DNA from: an uncultured Actinomycetes bacterium
GTDB taxonomy: Bacteria > Actinomycetota > UBA4738 > HRBIN12
Direction of reading: 5' to 3'
Length of the DNA: 64,000 nt
Assembly (NCBI GenBank): GCA_963758715.1
Contig: CAVWWK010000008.1
Coordinates: 92,294 to 156,293, forward strand
The translations under genes were made by a program, and so were the position numbers. The notes under the pieces are model-generated. The model was not told the origin of the DNA and ran no database searches. It was given only the letters and a program-made list of their open reading frames with translations. Below, in pieces: positions 21,201 through 30,252 of this stretch (positions are counted from its first letter, which is position 1; every line of letters begins with the position of its first letter).

Positions 21201-22268
21201 CGCGATGCCGATCCCAACCGAGTCCGGATCTAGGGCGCGGATCCGAAGCGCACACCGCAAGGCACGCGCGTCATCGTCTTCATGCGCGATGACCGCTCCG
21301 AACGACACGATCGCCTTCGTGCCCTTGTCGCCGGCGTCGACCTGATGGAGGTGGCCGTCGAGGTCCTGCACGATCTTCAGAACCTCGGCGGTCATGTGCT
21401 TCAGACGGCGGGCCCCTTCCTCGCGAGACACGTCGAAGACACCGAAGGCGGCGAACATGATGGCGGCCGGGCGGTGCTCACCGAGGAGCCGACGATCGCC
21501 TTCGGCGATCCGCGCCGCGATCGTGGGATGGAGCGCTCGTTCGAGCTCGTGCGCTCCTGCGCTCAGTGACGCCGGTTCCGTGCGCGGTGGAGGGTCGAGC
21601 TGAGGGCCGGGCCCTTCCACGACTGCGAACCCGTCTCCCAGCGAGGTCCACGCCACATCGCCCACGCTGGCACGGACGGATCCATCAGCCACGACCTGGG
21701 TGGCCGCGGCGCGATGCTCGGCCTCCGCGCTGAGATCGAGCGCGTTGCCCGCCAGGATCCACTCCAGCCGGCCGCCGGGGAGTTGGCCGACCGTCGCGAG
21801 CACCTCGCCGGCCGCGACCCCGATCTTGCACGTCAGGTGGAAGACGCCCACGCTGGTCGTGACCTCTCTGGACCGCTCCATCTCACGCTGGATCTCGAAC
21901 GCGCACGCGAGCGCACGAGCGGCCCCTCGTCCGTCCTCAAACTCGAACACGGCCGACACCGCGTCACCGCCGAACTTGCCCACGTGGCCGCCCCAGCGCC
22001 TGATCGACCCGACGACGGCGCTGAAGTAGCCGTTCAGGAGTCCTGCCAACTCCTCGGCTCCGGCGGCTCGTCGCTCTGCGAAGGCCTCGCTCATCGACGT
22101 GAAGCCGGCGATATCTGCGAACAGCGCCACGCCGCGGAATCGGATGTCCTCGTCCCATCGGCCGGAGGAACGGATCAGCCGGTCGGCGATCAGCGACGGC
22201 ATGTAGGCGGCGAACGCGAGATCCGGGTGGTCGCCCGGCGCCTTCCCCGGAGTTGGAAGATCCGCCAC
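18213..22268 (-). CDS. Class III nucleotide cyclase (two domains) - STAND P-loop NTPase - TPR protein, sAC/ADCY10-like
   Basis: FADIAGFT and KFGGDA (C1); DKG, HEDD, TAIGDTVNIAARL (C2); GEPGIGKT; IVIEDMHW; GNPFF; helical C-terminus; intact 1351 aa. Confidence 0.9.
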   Translation of the reverse strand: MADLPTPGKAPGDHPDLAFAAYMPSLIADRLIRSSGRWDEDIRFRGVALFADIAGFTSMSEAFAERRAAGAEELAGLLNGYFSAVVGSIRRWGGHVGKFGGDAVSAVFEFEDGRGAARALACAFEIQREMERSREVTTSVGVFHLTCKIGVAAGEVLATVGQLPGGRLEWILAGNALDLSAEAEHRAAATQVVADGSVRASVGDVAWTSLGDGFAVVEGPGPQLDPPPRTEPASLSAGAHELERALHPTIAARIAEGDRRLLGEHRPAAIMFAAFGVFDVSREEGARRLKHMTAEVLKIVQDLDGHLHQVDAGDKGTKAIVSFGAVIAHEDDDARALRCALRIRALDPDSVGIGIAAGVVFSGVVGGDVRREHTAIGDTVNIAARLMQRAEPGVILTTGLASPRVHRGFDLRGRPSITVKGRDGLVPLEELVGDRADLDDPLASVDERPIVGVDHELATGLEWVARAARGHGSVGLIVGEPGIGKTRLLAEIVRHAEPPTKVHAGVCTPTGSSTPFLPWRGILRSVVGVSADTPPSETVALLSDTLARSREGASSLAPLLAPVLGTKIPDSPTTTGLDPELRAQLRTSLLLDLLTAAAHAEPRLIVIEDMHWMDPASHEFLVALARAIRDVPLSFIATRRPQERGGIDLADVGDVERIDLHVHSEASMRILLDRTAASVLGLSENETEQLAAALLPRAQGNPFFLEELVRFLDRPALDPRDPVALSRAEAEIPDGLHRLVLARLDTLPAAEQSTVKFASVLGRRFVDSWIWRGFTTTAPEPEVVAHLDHLSDIEVMDDAARLPESEHQFHHAVMHEAAYATLSDASRRSFHDEVGRFLEDTFGDDDRFVDAIAYHVGMSADVDRQRTWFRRAAEAAEASDAAETAIGYYERLLPLLADTEVATTQRTLAELQQHAGRWTNAETSFRSAIRAADLAHDEREAALARAGIGYLLAHTGSTADARDVLVDARRRAEGSGDPALQERPLEYLAFATWQLADFDASMEAAVALRRWASAAGNRRALGMAIGSIALVHASRGSLPEAESAYLEAVEIAREIDDVRGLTHALNGLAQMRMELGDLGGALGHVREALEEASRVGYRHLEGALIGNAGELYRMHGQLELALRCTLRALELMVPLRDWADIATRFINIVLIEADRGRWVSVDRFLDLVTALLDAIGDAYTTCLFRLERAEIHARRGKADDALTLAEAAGAEALDAGFGDVRWRSQILTTRLWFEVGAIDRRAALEAIDSSVVPGDPVAHRAAAAHAAWSIDPADRSRTEAARHLLREAFIQMPTPEHRRRLVVLGESDVPEPTPLRELPDLPASTGTLSLDDAFSLGEDLQRELRATNERG

Positions 22269-22371
22269 GGAGCAAGCCTAGGGGCGGGCTGCGGTCCCGG
22301 GCGGCGGTGACAGGCCCCTAACGGATGCACTAGGGTGAACCGGCACATGACGTAGGCCGAATGGAGGACTC

Positions 22372-23151
22372 GTGATGCGGACTCGGACATGGATCGTCGC
22401 CCTCGCGTCGCTCCTGATCGTCGCAACGGTTGGCGCCGGCTCCGCCGGCGCGGCCTGGCGCAACGTGAACATCACGCACGTCGATACGGGACAGGTGTGC
22501 GAGGACGGACTCTCCCTGTCGATCGCGTCTCCGGAGACCGACTACGAGATCACCATCACCGACACGCAGTCCGCCGTCGAGGTGGCAACCGCGACGACAA
22601 AGCTTGCCTTCGGGCCGGTTCCAGAGGTCTTCGGCGCCGTGCCCGGCTTCAACTACAACTACTTCGGGACGTTGCGGATCTTCTACACGTCCGCCCCGAC
22701 GCCCCAGGCAGGGGACGAGCTCCAGATCACCCTCCAGAACCCGATCTTGGGTGAGTCGGTGGACACCGTGATCGTGGAGGATTGCCAGCTCGCACCCGCG
22801 TTCGTGGGCTTCACGAATCGCAAGAACCTGCCGCTGATCAACAACGGCACGAAGCTCGCGTCCTACAACGGCACGATCGCGATCAAGTTCAACCTGCGGG
22901 CGAACCGGGGTCTGTCGATCTTCTCGGAGGGTCCGAAGTTCGCGCACGTGAACTGCTCGATCAACGAGCCCAACCCCTCGGACACCGACACCTCTCTGGA
23001 TGCGACCGGCACGCTCAAGTTCCTGAAGGCCAAGGGTCTGTACAACTACGTCTGGCAGGTGCCACCGGGACTCACCGGGTGCCAGGAGGTCTGGTTCCGC
23101 ACGGCGTACGACGGTCTCACCCACCGCCTGCTCTTCAACTTCGGCGCGTAG
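22372..23151 (+). CDS. Secreted protein with probable C-terminal PxKF domain
   Basis: Signal peptide ending AGA-A; IAIKFNL, YNYVW, GC..V, DG..H...F.F pattern; GGAGG SD. Confidence 0.7.
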   Translation: MMRTRTWIVALASLLIVATVGAGSAGAAWRNVNITHVDTGQVCEDGLSLSIASPETDYEITITDTQSAVEVATATTKLAFGPVPEVFGAVPGFNYNYFGTLRIFYTSAPTPQAGDELQITLQNPILGESVDTVIVEDCQLAPAFVGFTNRKNLPLINNGTKLASYNGTIAIKFNLRANRGLSIFSEGPKFAHVNCSINEPNPSDTDTSLDATGTLKFLKAKGLYNYVWQVPPGLTGCQEVWFRTAYDGLTHRLLFNFGA

Positions 23152-23157
23152 CGCCTG

Positions 23158-23191
23158 GGGTAGGCTCCTCGCTTCAGGAGGGAGCCTACCC
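23158..23191 (+). terminator. Hairpin after the secreted-protein gene
   Basis: GGGTAGGCTCC 23158-23168 / GGAGCCTACCC 23181-23191 perfect 11-bp stem. Confidence 0.65.
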
Positions 23192-23251
23192 ATGTCGAAG
23201 TGTCCTACCGTCACCCACAAGCCCGGGCCGGGCTGAGCCGAGTCCGGAGCC

Positions 23252-24187
23252 ATGCAGCGAGTCGTGATCGCCCTGGGCGGCAACGCGTTGCTCCGCCAGG
23301 GCGCAGAGGACACCTTCGAGGAGATGTATCGCGCCAGCCGCGAGGCAGCCGAGCGCATCGCCGACGTCGCGGCGATGGGCTGGGAGGTCGTCCTTACGCA
23401 CGGGAACGGGCCGCAGGTGGGCCGGATCCTTCTCCAGCAGGAAGCAGCCCGGGACGTCGTCCATCCGATGCCACTGGACGTCTGCGGGGCGGAGAGCCAG
23501 GGCCAGATCGGCTATCTCCTCCAGGTGACGATCGGCGACGTGTTCTTCGAGCGCGGCATGGAACGCCCCGTGGCGACCGTGCTCACGCTCACCCGCGTTC
23601 GGCCGGACGATCCGGCGTTCGCGAACCCGACCAAGTTCGTCGGGCCGTTCTACGAGGAGGCCGAGGCGCGTGCATTGGAGGCCGATCGCGGCTACGCGAT
23701 GAAGCCCGATCCTCACGGCGGGTGGCGACGCGTCGTGCCCAGCCCCTCTCCCTACTCGATCGTCGAGACTCCCGTCATCCGCAGCCTGGTTGCGGACGGC
23801 GCGATCGTGATCGCGAGCGGAGGCGGCGGGGTGCCGGTGATCGAGGACGGCCCTCGCCTGGTGGGCAAGGAGGGCGTGGTCGACAAGGATCGGGCTGCCG
23901 CGATCCTCGCCACGGAGGTCGAGGCGTCGACGCTGCTGATCCTCACCGACGTGGCGAAGGTCCAGCGCGGCTACGGCTCGTTCATGCCCGAGGACATCGA
24001 CAGCATGACCGTGCGCGAGGCGAAACAGTTGCTGAAGAAGGGGGAGTTCGGCGCCGGCTCGATGGGTCCCAAGGTCGAGGCGGCGGCGACGTTCGCGCAG
24101 GGCGGCGGCCGTTCGGTCATCGCCGGCCTGTCCGACGCGGCCGCGGCCCTGTCGGGCACCGCGGGCACGCAGATCGTGAGGGACTGA
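23252..24187 (+). CDS. arcC: Carbamate kinase
   Basis: VIALGGNAL, THGNGPQVG, SQGQIGY, PTKFVGPFY, GSMGPKV. Confidence 0.95.
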   Translation: MQRVVIALGGNALLRQGAEDTFEEMYRASREAAERIADVAAMGWEVVLTHGNGPQVGRILLQQEAARDVVHPMPLDVCGAESQGQIGYLLQVTIGDVFFERGMERPVATVLTLTRVRPDDPAFANPTKFVGPFYEEAEARALEADRGYAMKPDPHGGWRRVVPSPSPYSIVETPVIRSLVADGAIVIASGGGGVPVIEDGPRLVGKEGVVDKDRAAAILATEVEASTLLILTDVAKVQRGYGSFMPEDIDSMTVREAKQLLKKGEFGAGSMGPKVEAAATFAQGGGRSVIAGLSDAAAALSGTAGTQIVRD

Positions 24188-24352
24188 CTAGGGGCGGGGA
24201 TCGCGCCGAGCGGGGTTCCGGAACTGCTGCACGACCATGAACAAGGCGAACACCGACACGACGACGACCAGGAACACCAGCAGCCCCACGAAGAAGAATT
24301 CGAGGAACCCCCAGCCGCTGACGTCGGGGAACAGCCCCGCGATCATCTGCAT
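24188..24352 (-). CDS. Small single-pass membrane protein (54 aa), not in ORF track
   Basis: MQMIAGLFPDVSGWGFLEFFFVGLLVFLVVVVSVFALFMVVQQFRNPARRDPRP; TAGGAT 7 nt upstream; GC-rich third positions. Confidence 0.65.
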   Translation of the reverse strand: MQMIAGLFPDVSGWGFLEFFFVGLLVFLVVVVSVFALFMVVQQFRNPARRDPRP

Positions 24353-24475
24353 GGACCTCATCCTAGCGGGCGTGCACCCGCGGGCCGCGTTACCCGAGGT
24401 TCGGTATCAAGGCTCGAAGTCGTTCGGGCCGATATCCGTTGGGTCCAAGCGAACGAGTGGCGGGGGAGCATCGAC

Positions 24476-24670
24476 ATGTCTCCGGAGAGCGGGCGCACGA
24501 CCGAGTCGTCGGCCGACGAGTACCTGGGGTTCGCCCCCTCGATCTCGGCGCGCGAGGACTCCGAGCCCCCGGTGAGCGCCCCCGAGCCCGCATCCGACGA
24601 CGGTGACTCCTACGAGGACAGCTGGTACCAGGTCCTCAAGGCGCAAGCGCAGGAGCCGACGCTCGACTGA
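24476..24670 (+). CDS. Small acidic hypothetical protein (64 aa)
   Basis: GGGGAG SD-like site, plausible codon usage, fills the gap before pfkA. Confidence 0.5.
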   Translation: MSPESGRTTESSADEYLGFAPSISAREDSEPPVSAPEPASDDGDSYEDSWYQVLKAQAQEPTLD

Positions 24671-24716
24671 CGCGTTCTTCCACGGGGAGGTCCGGGCCTC
24701 GTCGTAGGCTGACCTA

Positions 24717-25745
24717 ATGCGTCTGGGCATACTGACCGGCGGAGGCGACTGCCCCGGCCTCAACGCGATCATCCGCGCCGCCGTCCGCAAGGGCGTCGGC
24801 ATCCACGGGCATTCGTTCGTTGGCTTCCGAGACGGCTGGGAGGGTGTCGTCCACGACGAGGCCACCGAGCTGGGGATCGCCGAGGTCACGGGGATCCTGC
24901 ATCGTGGAGGCACGATCCTGGGCAGCTCGGGCCTGAACCCCTATCGGGTCGACGGCGGGGTCGAGGCGGTGCGGAAGTCTTTCGCCGGCCGGGCCCTCGA
25001 TGGGTTGATCGCGATCGGCGGCGAGGGAACCTTGGGGGCCGCCGCCTCCCTGTCCGACGAGGGTTTGCCGGTGGTCGGCGTCCCCAAGACGATCGACAAC
25101 GACCTGGCAGGGACCGACATCACGGTGGGCTTCCACACGGCGGTCCAGGTGGCGACCGACGCCATCGACCGGCTGCACAGCACCGCCGAGAGCCACGATC
25201 GCGTGATGTTGATCGAGGTCATGGGCCGCCACGCGGGGTGGATCGCGATCTACGCGGGGTTCGCGGGAGGCGCAGACGTCATCTTGATCCCCGAGAACCC
25301 GTTCGACATCGACGAGGTCTGCAGGCTCCTGCGACACCGGCACATGCGCCGGTCTTCGTTCTCCATCGTGGTGGTGGCCGAAGGCGCCGTGCCGAAGGAG
25401 GGAACGCTGAAGCTCCCGGAGCCCGAACTCGATGAGAACGGGTTCCCACGCTTCGGCGGGGTCGCGAACCACATCGCGCCCGAGATCGAGCAGCGAACGG
25501 GGTTCGAGACGCGGGTCACGATCCTGGGGCATGTGCAGCGAGGCGGGTCGCCCGTGGCGTTCGACAGGGTCCTCGCGACCCGGATGGGCCTGGCCGCCGT
25601 CGACCTGGCCACCGCCGGCGGGTGGGGTCGTATGGTCTCCCGAGACGGCCAGGACATCGCCGACGTGCCGCTGCGCACCGCGGTCGCCGAACGCAAGGTC
25701 GTCCCGTTGGAGCTCTACCGAGAGGCGGAGGTCTTCTTCGGCTGA
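24717..25745 (+). CDS. pfkA: 6-phosphofructokinase
   Basis: GGDCPG, PKTIDND, EVMGR, LGHVQRGG. Confidence 0.95.
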   Translation: MRLGILTGGGDCPGLNAIIRAAVRKGVGIHGHSFVGFRDGWEGVVHDEATELGIAEVTGILHRGGTILGSSGLNPYRVDGGVEAVRKSFAGRALDGLIAIGGEGTLGAAASLSDEGLPVVGVPKTIDNDLAGTDITVGFHTAVQVATDAIDRLHSTAESHDRVMLIEVMGRHAGWIAIYAGFAGGADVILIPENPFDIDEVCRLLRHRHMRRSSFSIVVVAEGAVPKEGTLKLPEPELDENGFPRFGGVANHIAPEIEQRTGFETRVTILGHVQRGGSPVAFDRVLATRMGLAAVDLATAGGWGRMVSRDGQDIADVPLRTAVAERKVVPLELYREAEVFFG

Positions 25746-25806
25746 GCGCCCGGAGCGACCGACGCCACAGGGCAGGTCTTCGCGCGTGCGCTATTAGACT
25801 CCCCGC

Positions 25807-26861
25807 ATGGCTGGCTTCCGCGTGGACCTGCGATCGGACACCGTGACCACGCCGTCGGCGGCGATGCGAGCGGCGATGGCCGAGGCCGAGGTCGGCGACG
25901 CCTGGTACGGCGACGACCCCACGGCGAACGAGCTGCAGGAGCTCGCGGCGGGCCTCACGGGCAAGGAGGCGGCGCTCTTCGTGCCGACCGGCACGATGGC
26001 CAACCAGATCGCGCTGGCGCTGCAGGTTCGAACGAACGGGCACCTGGTCGCGTGTTCGTCCGCCTCGCACGTCGCCACCACCGAGGTCATGACGTCAGCC
26101 GCGCTGTCGGGAATCGCGTTCCGCTCCCTGGACCCGGGCCCACGCGGCTGGATCGACGCCGCACAGGCCAGGTCGCTGCTCGAGCCCGACAGCTACTTCG
26201 ACGTGGAGATGGTGGACCTGCTCAGCGTCGAGAACACGGTGGGCGGAGCCGGCGGCCGCGTGATGCCGGTGGACGAGCTGGTGAAGGTGCGGGCCGTCGC
26301 GGACGAGGCGGGCGTCCCCCTGCACCTGGACGGCGCGCGGGTGTTCAATGCCGCCGCCGCCGCGGGCGTGGACGTCCAGGAGTGGACCCGCGAGGCCGAC
26401 ACCGTGATGTTCTGCGTTTCCAAGGGGCTCGGCGCCCCGATCGGCTCCCTGCTCTGCGGGCCGGCCGAGCACATCCGTGAGGCGCGACGGCTCTGGATCC
26501 TGTTCGGGGGTGCGTGGCGCCAGTCGGGGATCGTGGCGGCCGGCCGGATCGTCGCGCTCGAGCACGGCCGCTCGCGACTGATCGAGGACCACGAGCGCGC
26601 CCGCACGCTCGCGACCGGCGTGGCAGAGGTGCTCCCCGGCGCGGTTGACCTCGCCCAGGTCGAGACGAACATGATCTTCATCGACACCGAATCGGCCGGC
26701 CTGCCGATGCTCGAGACCGTGGAGCGGCTGGCGTCGCGCGGCGTCGGCCGTCACCCATACGGGGACGAACGTCCGGATGGTGACCCACCTCGACGTCGAC
26801 GACGAGGGGGTCACGTTCGCGCTCGACGCGTGGCGGGCGATCGCCGCCGATGGAGGACTGA
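25807..26861 (+). CDS. ltaE: Low-specificity threonine aldolase (frameshifts near 3' end)
   Basis: [30 protein letters not shown]. Confidence 0.88.
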
Positions 26862-27484
26862 TGGGCCTGTTCACCAAGAGCTACCCGCCTGAGATCGCCC
26901 CGCGGATCCCGCCGGGTCAGCGCCTCGTGAAGACCTGGCCGGTCCTGCACTACGGGCCGATCCCGCACTTCGATGGCGAGCACTGGGACCTCGAGGTGCA
27001 CGGGCTGGTCGAGAGCCCGTTCACGCTCGGCTACGGCGAGCTCATGGCGCTCCCACGCGTGACGGTCGACGCGGACATGCACTGCGTGACCGGATGGACC
27101 ACGCTGGACAACACCTGGGAGGGTGTCTCCTTCCGCACGATCGTCGAACGGGCCAAGCCCACCGCCGAAGCCACGTGGGTGATCGCGCACTGCGAAGGCG
27201 GCTACACCTCGAACCTGTCCCTGGCGGTCATGGACGAGGACGACGTGCTCTTGGCGTGGCGCAACCACGGCGAAGACCTCACGCCCGAGCACGGCTGGCC
27301 GCTCCGGCTGGTGGTGCCCAAGCGTTATGCCTGGAAGAGCGCGAAGTGGCTCACCGGGTTGGAGTTCAGCGACAAGAACACGCGCGGCTTCTGGGAGGTT
27401 CGGGGGTACCACATCCACGGCGAGCCATTCGCGGAGGAGCGCTACAGCTACCAGGAGGGGGCTCGCGCGGAGATGCAGCCGTAG
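26861..27484 (+). CDS. Sulfite oxidase-like molybdopterin oxidoreductase
   Basis: [34 protein letters not shown]. Confidence 0.88.
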   Translation: MGLFTKSYPPEIAPRIPPGQRLVKTWPVLHYGPIPHFDGEHWDLEVHGLVESPFTLGYGELMALPRVTVDADMHCVTGWTTLDNTWEGVSFRTIVERAKPTAEATWVIAHCEGGYTSNLSLAVMDEDDVLLAWRNHGEDLTPEHGWPLRLVVPKRYAWKSAKWLTGLEFSDKNTRGFWEVRGYHIHGEPFAEERYSYQEGARAEMQP

Positions 27485-27496
27485 GTCCGGTCAGGC

Positions 27497-29395
27497 TCAG
27501 GCCAGGTACAGCGTGACCGCGTCTCCGTACGTCACGGTCGACCCAACCCCGGGGCTCTGCGAGATCACCGTGGCTCCCTGCGTGTTCGGGATGGAGAAGA
27601 ACGAGACCTCCAGGCCGTAGTCGTCGGCCTTGGCCTGGGCGGCCGACTTCGACAGGCCCGAGAAGCTGGGAACCGGGAACCGCTCCGGGCCCTGCGAGAC
27701 GATCAGCGTGACCGAGGAGCCGTAGGGCGCCACCGTGCCCGCCCTCGGGTCGACACCGATCACGAACCCGCGATCGACCGAGTTCGAGAACTCGGTGTCG
27801 ACCGTGACCGAGAAGCCGTCGGCCTGCAGCGCCGCGGTCGCATCGCCCTCGCCCATGCCGGACACCGACGTGATCGGGAGCGGCGCCGGACCGCGGCTCA
27901 CCGTGACGTCGACGGGGCTGCCTTTGGGGACCTGGCCCGTCTGCACGGCGGCGATCACCGATCCCTCGGGCACGGTATCGCTGTACTTGCGTGTCTGGTT
28001 CCCGAGCGTCAGGCCCGCCTTCTGGAGCAGCAGTCGCGCCCGCTCCAAGGGCTTGCCTTCGATCTGGGGGATCTTCACGGGCGGCGGGCCGAGCGAGGGG
28101 ACGAGCGTCACCGTCTCGCCCTTCTCGAGCGAGGTGCCGGCGGAGGGTTGGGTGCGCAGGACGTGGTCGGCGGGCATGGTCTCGGAGTACTGGCCATCGG
28201 CGATGCGGACGGCGAATCCCTGCTCGCTCAGCTGGGCCTGCGCGGCGGCCACCGTCTCGCCGGCGAGGGCCGGGATGTCGGCACGGTGGGGGACCACGTA
28301 GGTCCAGATCCCCCACGCGCTCGCGGCGACGGCGGCCACCAGGGCGACGATCCCCAGCCTCCTGCGCCACCGGTGCTCGCGCACGCGCTTGCGCCGCGGG
28401 ATCGTCTGCGTGTGGAGCTCGGTCGCCTGTCGTCGTCGGGGAGCGACACGACGCCCGTCGTCACGGTTCCCTCGTCCACCACGATCGGCCCGGCATCGAT
28501 CATGGTCGCGAGGCGCGCGGCCTCGGGCAGCTCGGGGGCGATCGCCTCGATGTCGCGGCGCATCACCGTCGCCGACTCCGGCCTGAGCTCACGGTCGCGA
28601 TCGGTTGCGCTCACCACGAACCCGTCCAGGTCGGCCGGGATCGAGGGGACGGTGCGCGCTGGGCTTGGGAACCCGGTGGGACAGGTGCTTGTACGCGATC
28701 GACATCGCGGTCTCGCCGGTGAACGGGAGCTTGCCGGTCAACAGCTCATAGCTGACGATCCCCAGGGAATACAGGTCGCTGCGGGGGTCGGCGGGCTCGC
28801 CGCGGATCTGTTCGGGGGCCAGGTATTGCACGGTGCCGGTGACCGTTCCCGCCTGGGTCTGCCGCCCGTCGGCGTAGGCACGCGCGAGGCCGAAGTCCGC
28901 GACCTTCACCACGCCTTCGGTGGTGATGAGCACGTTCTCCGGCTTGATGTCGCGATGCACGATGCCTTGGATGTGGGCATGCTCCAGGCCGAGCAGCGTC
29001 TGTCGGACGATGTCGGCCGTCTGCGCGGGGGCGAGCGCGCCGTGGCGGTTCAGCATGGCCCGCGCGGCCTGCCCCCGCACGTACTCCATGACCATGTAGT
29101 AGATGCCGTCCACCGAGCCCCAGTCGAAGACGGCGACGATGTTGGGGTGGGAGAGCCCGGCGGCGGCGCGCGCCTCGCGCCGGAACCGGTCGACGAACGC
29201 CTGGTCGCCTGCCAGCGACCGGTGGAGCACCTTGATCGCGACCTCGCGGTCCAGGACGGTATCGCGCGCGAGGAACACCTCGCCCATGCCACCCGATGCG
29301 ATGCGCTCCACGACGTGGTAGCGCCCGTCCAGGGTGACGAACGCATGGCCTCCGGGGATCTCCGAAGGCGCCGGTTGGGTGATACTTCGGGCCGT
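27497..29395 (-). CDS. Hanks-type Ser/Thr kinase with TM segment and PASTA repeats (PknB/PknL-like), frameshifted near 28.4-28.65 kb
   Basis: GGMGEV, VAIK, HRDIKPEN, DFG, APE; hydrophobic helix; about 4 PASTA repeats. Confidence 0.9.
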
Positions 29396-29476
29396 GGTGC
29401 TCTCCTCCTGTGTGGGGAAGCGCTCGGAGGGGAGCGCGTTCCGGCGCCGATGATAGAGCCGACAGGGGGTTGAACC

Positions 29477-30209
29477 GTGGAGGTTCACGCAAGTGGACGG
29501 CCCGATCTGAAGGGCGAGCTGGACCGGATCGAGGCCGCCGTCGCCGCCGGGAGCACCGATCTGCGCTCGCTCGGGTTCTGGCGGCTGGTCCGACAGGTGA
29601 AGCGGGACCGAGCCCTGATCGCGGCGCACGCCGACCAGATCGGCCGCATCGACACCGCGGCGTTCCGAGCGCGGGTGCGTCTCCGCGTTCCGGTGTGGCT
29701 CGGGAACCTCGCCCTCGTGCTTGCGGTGGTCGCCGGCGGGATCGCCGTCTGGGCGGCATTCGCGTGGAAGGATCCGCTCTGGAAGGGGCTCGCGCTGGTC
29801 GCGGCGGGGGGGATCTGGTCGCTGGGACTGCACTCGCCGACGCACTGGTTCGTCGGGTGGCTGGTGGGCATCCGTTGGACCGACTACTTCCTGGGAGGGC
29901 CGCCCCCACCGCGGCCGGGTCTCAAGTCCGACTACGCCACCTACCTGCGCGCCGACCCCGGTTCCCGTGCCTGGATGCACGCGAGCGGGGCGATCGCGAC
30001 GAAGCTCGCCCCGTTCATCGCGCTGGCGTTCTGGCCGGGGTCGGGCGCTCCGGCGTGGGCGGCGTGGGCATTGCTCGCTCTCGGACGCGTTGGAGATCGT
30101 GACCGACGTGCTGTTCAGCACGAAGAACAGCGACTGGATGAAGTTCCGGCGCGAGCGGGCGGTCTCCCTGGCCAACCGAGCGGCGTTGGACCGGGAAGCC
30201 GGGAACTGA
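29477..30209 (+). CDS. Hypothetical membrane protein (frameshift near 30085)
   Basis: Several hydrophobic segments, HSPTH motif; C-terminus continues in ORF 29721..30209. Confidence 0.65.
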
Positions 30210-30252
30210 GCGGCGCGGGATCGAGCCCGGGCCGGCCGGTAGGGTGTGCGCC

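Noticed and set aside
26777-27484. Threonine aldolase - sulfite oxidase fusion
   Set aside because: GGAGG plus a TGATG junction at 26859-26863 indicates two coupled genes merged by an indel
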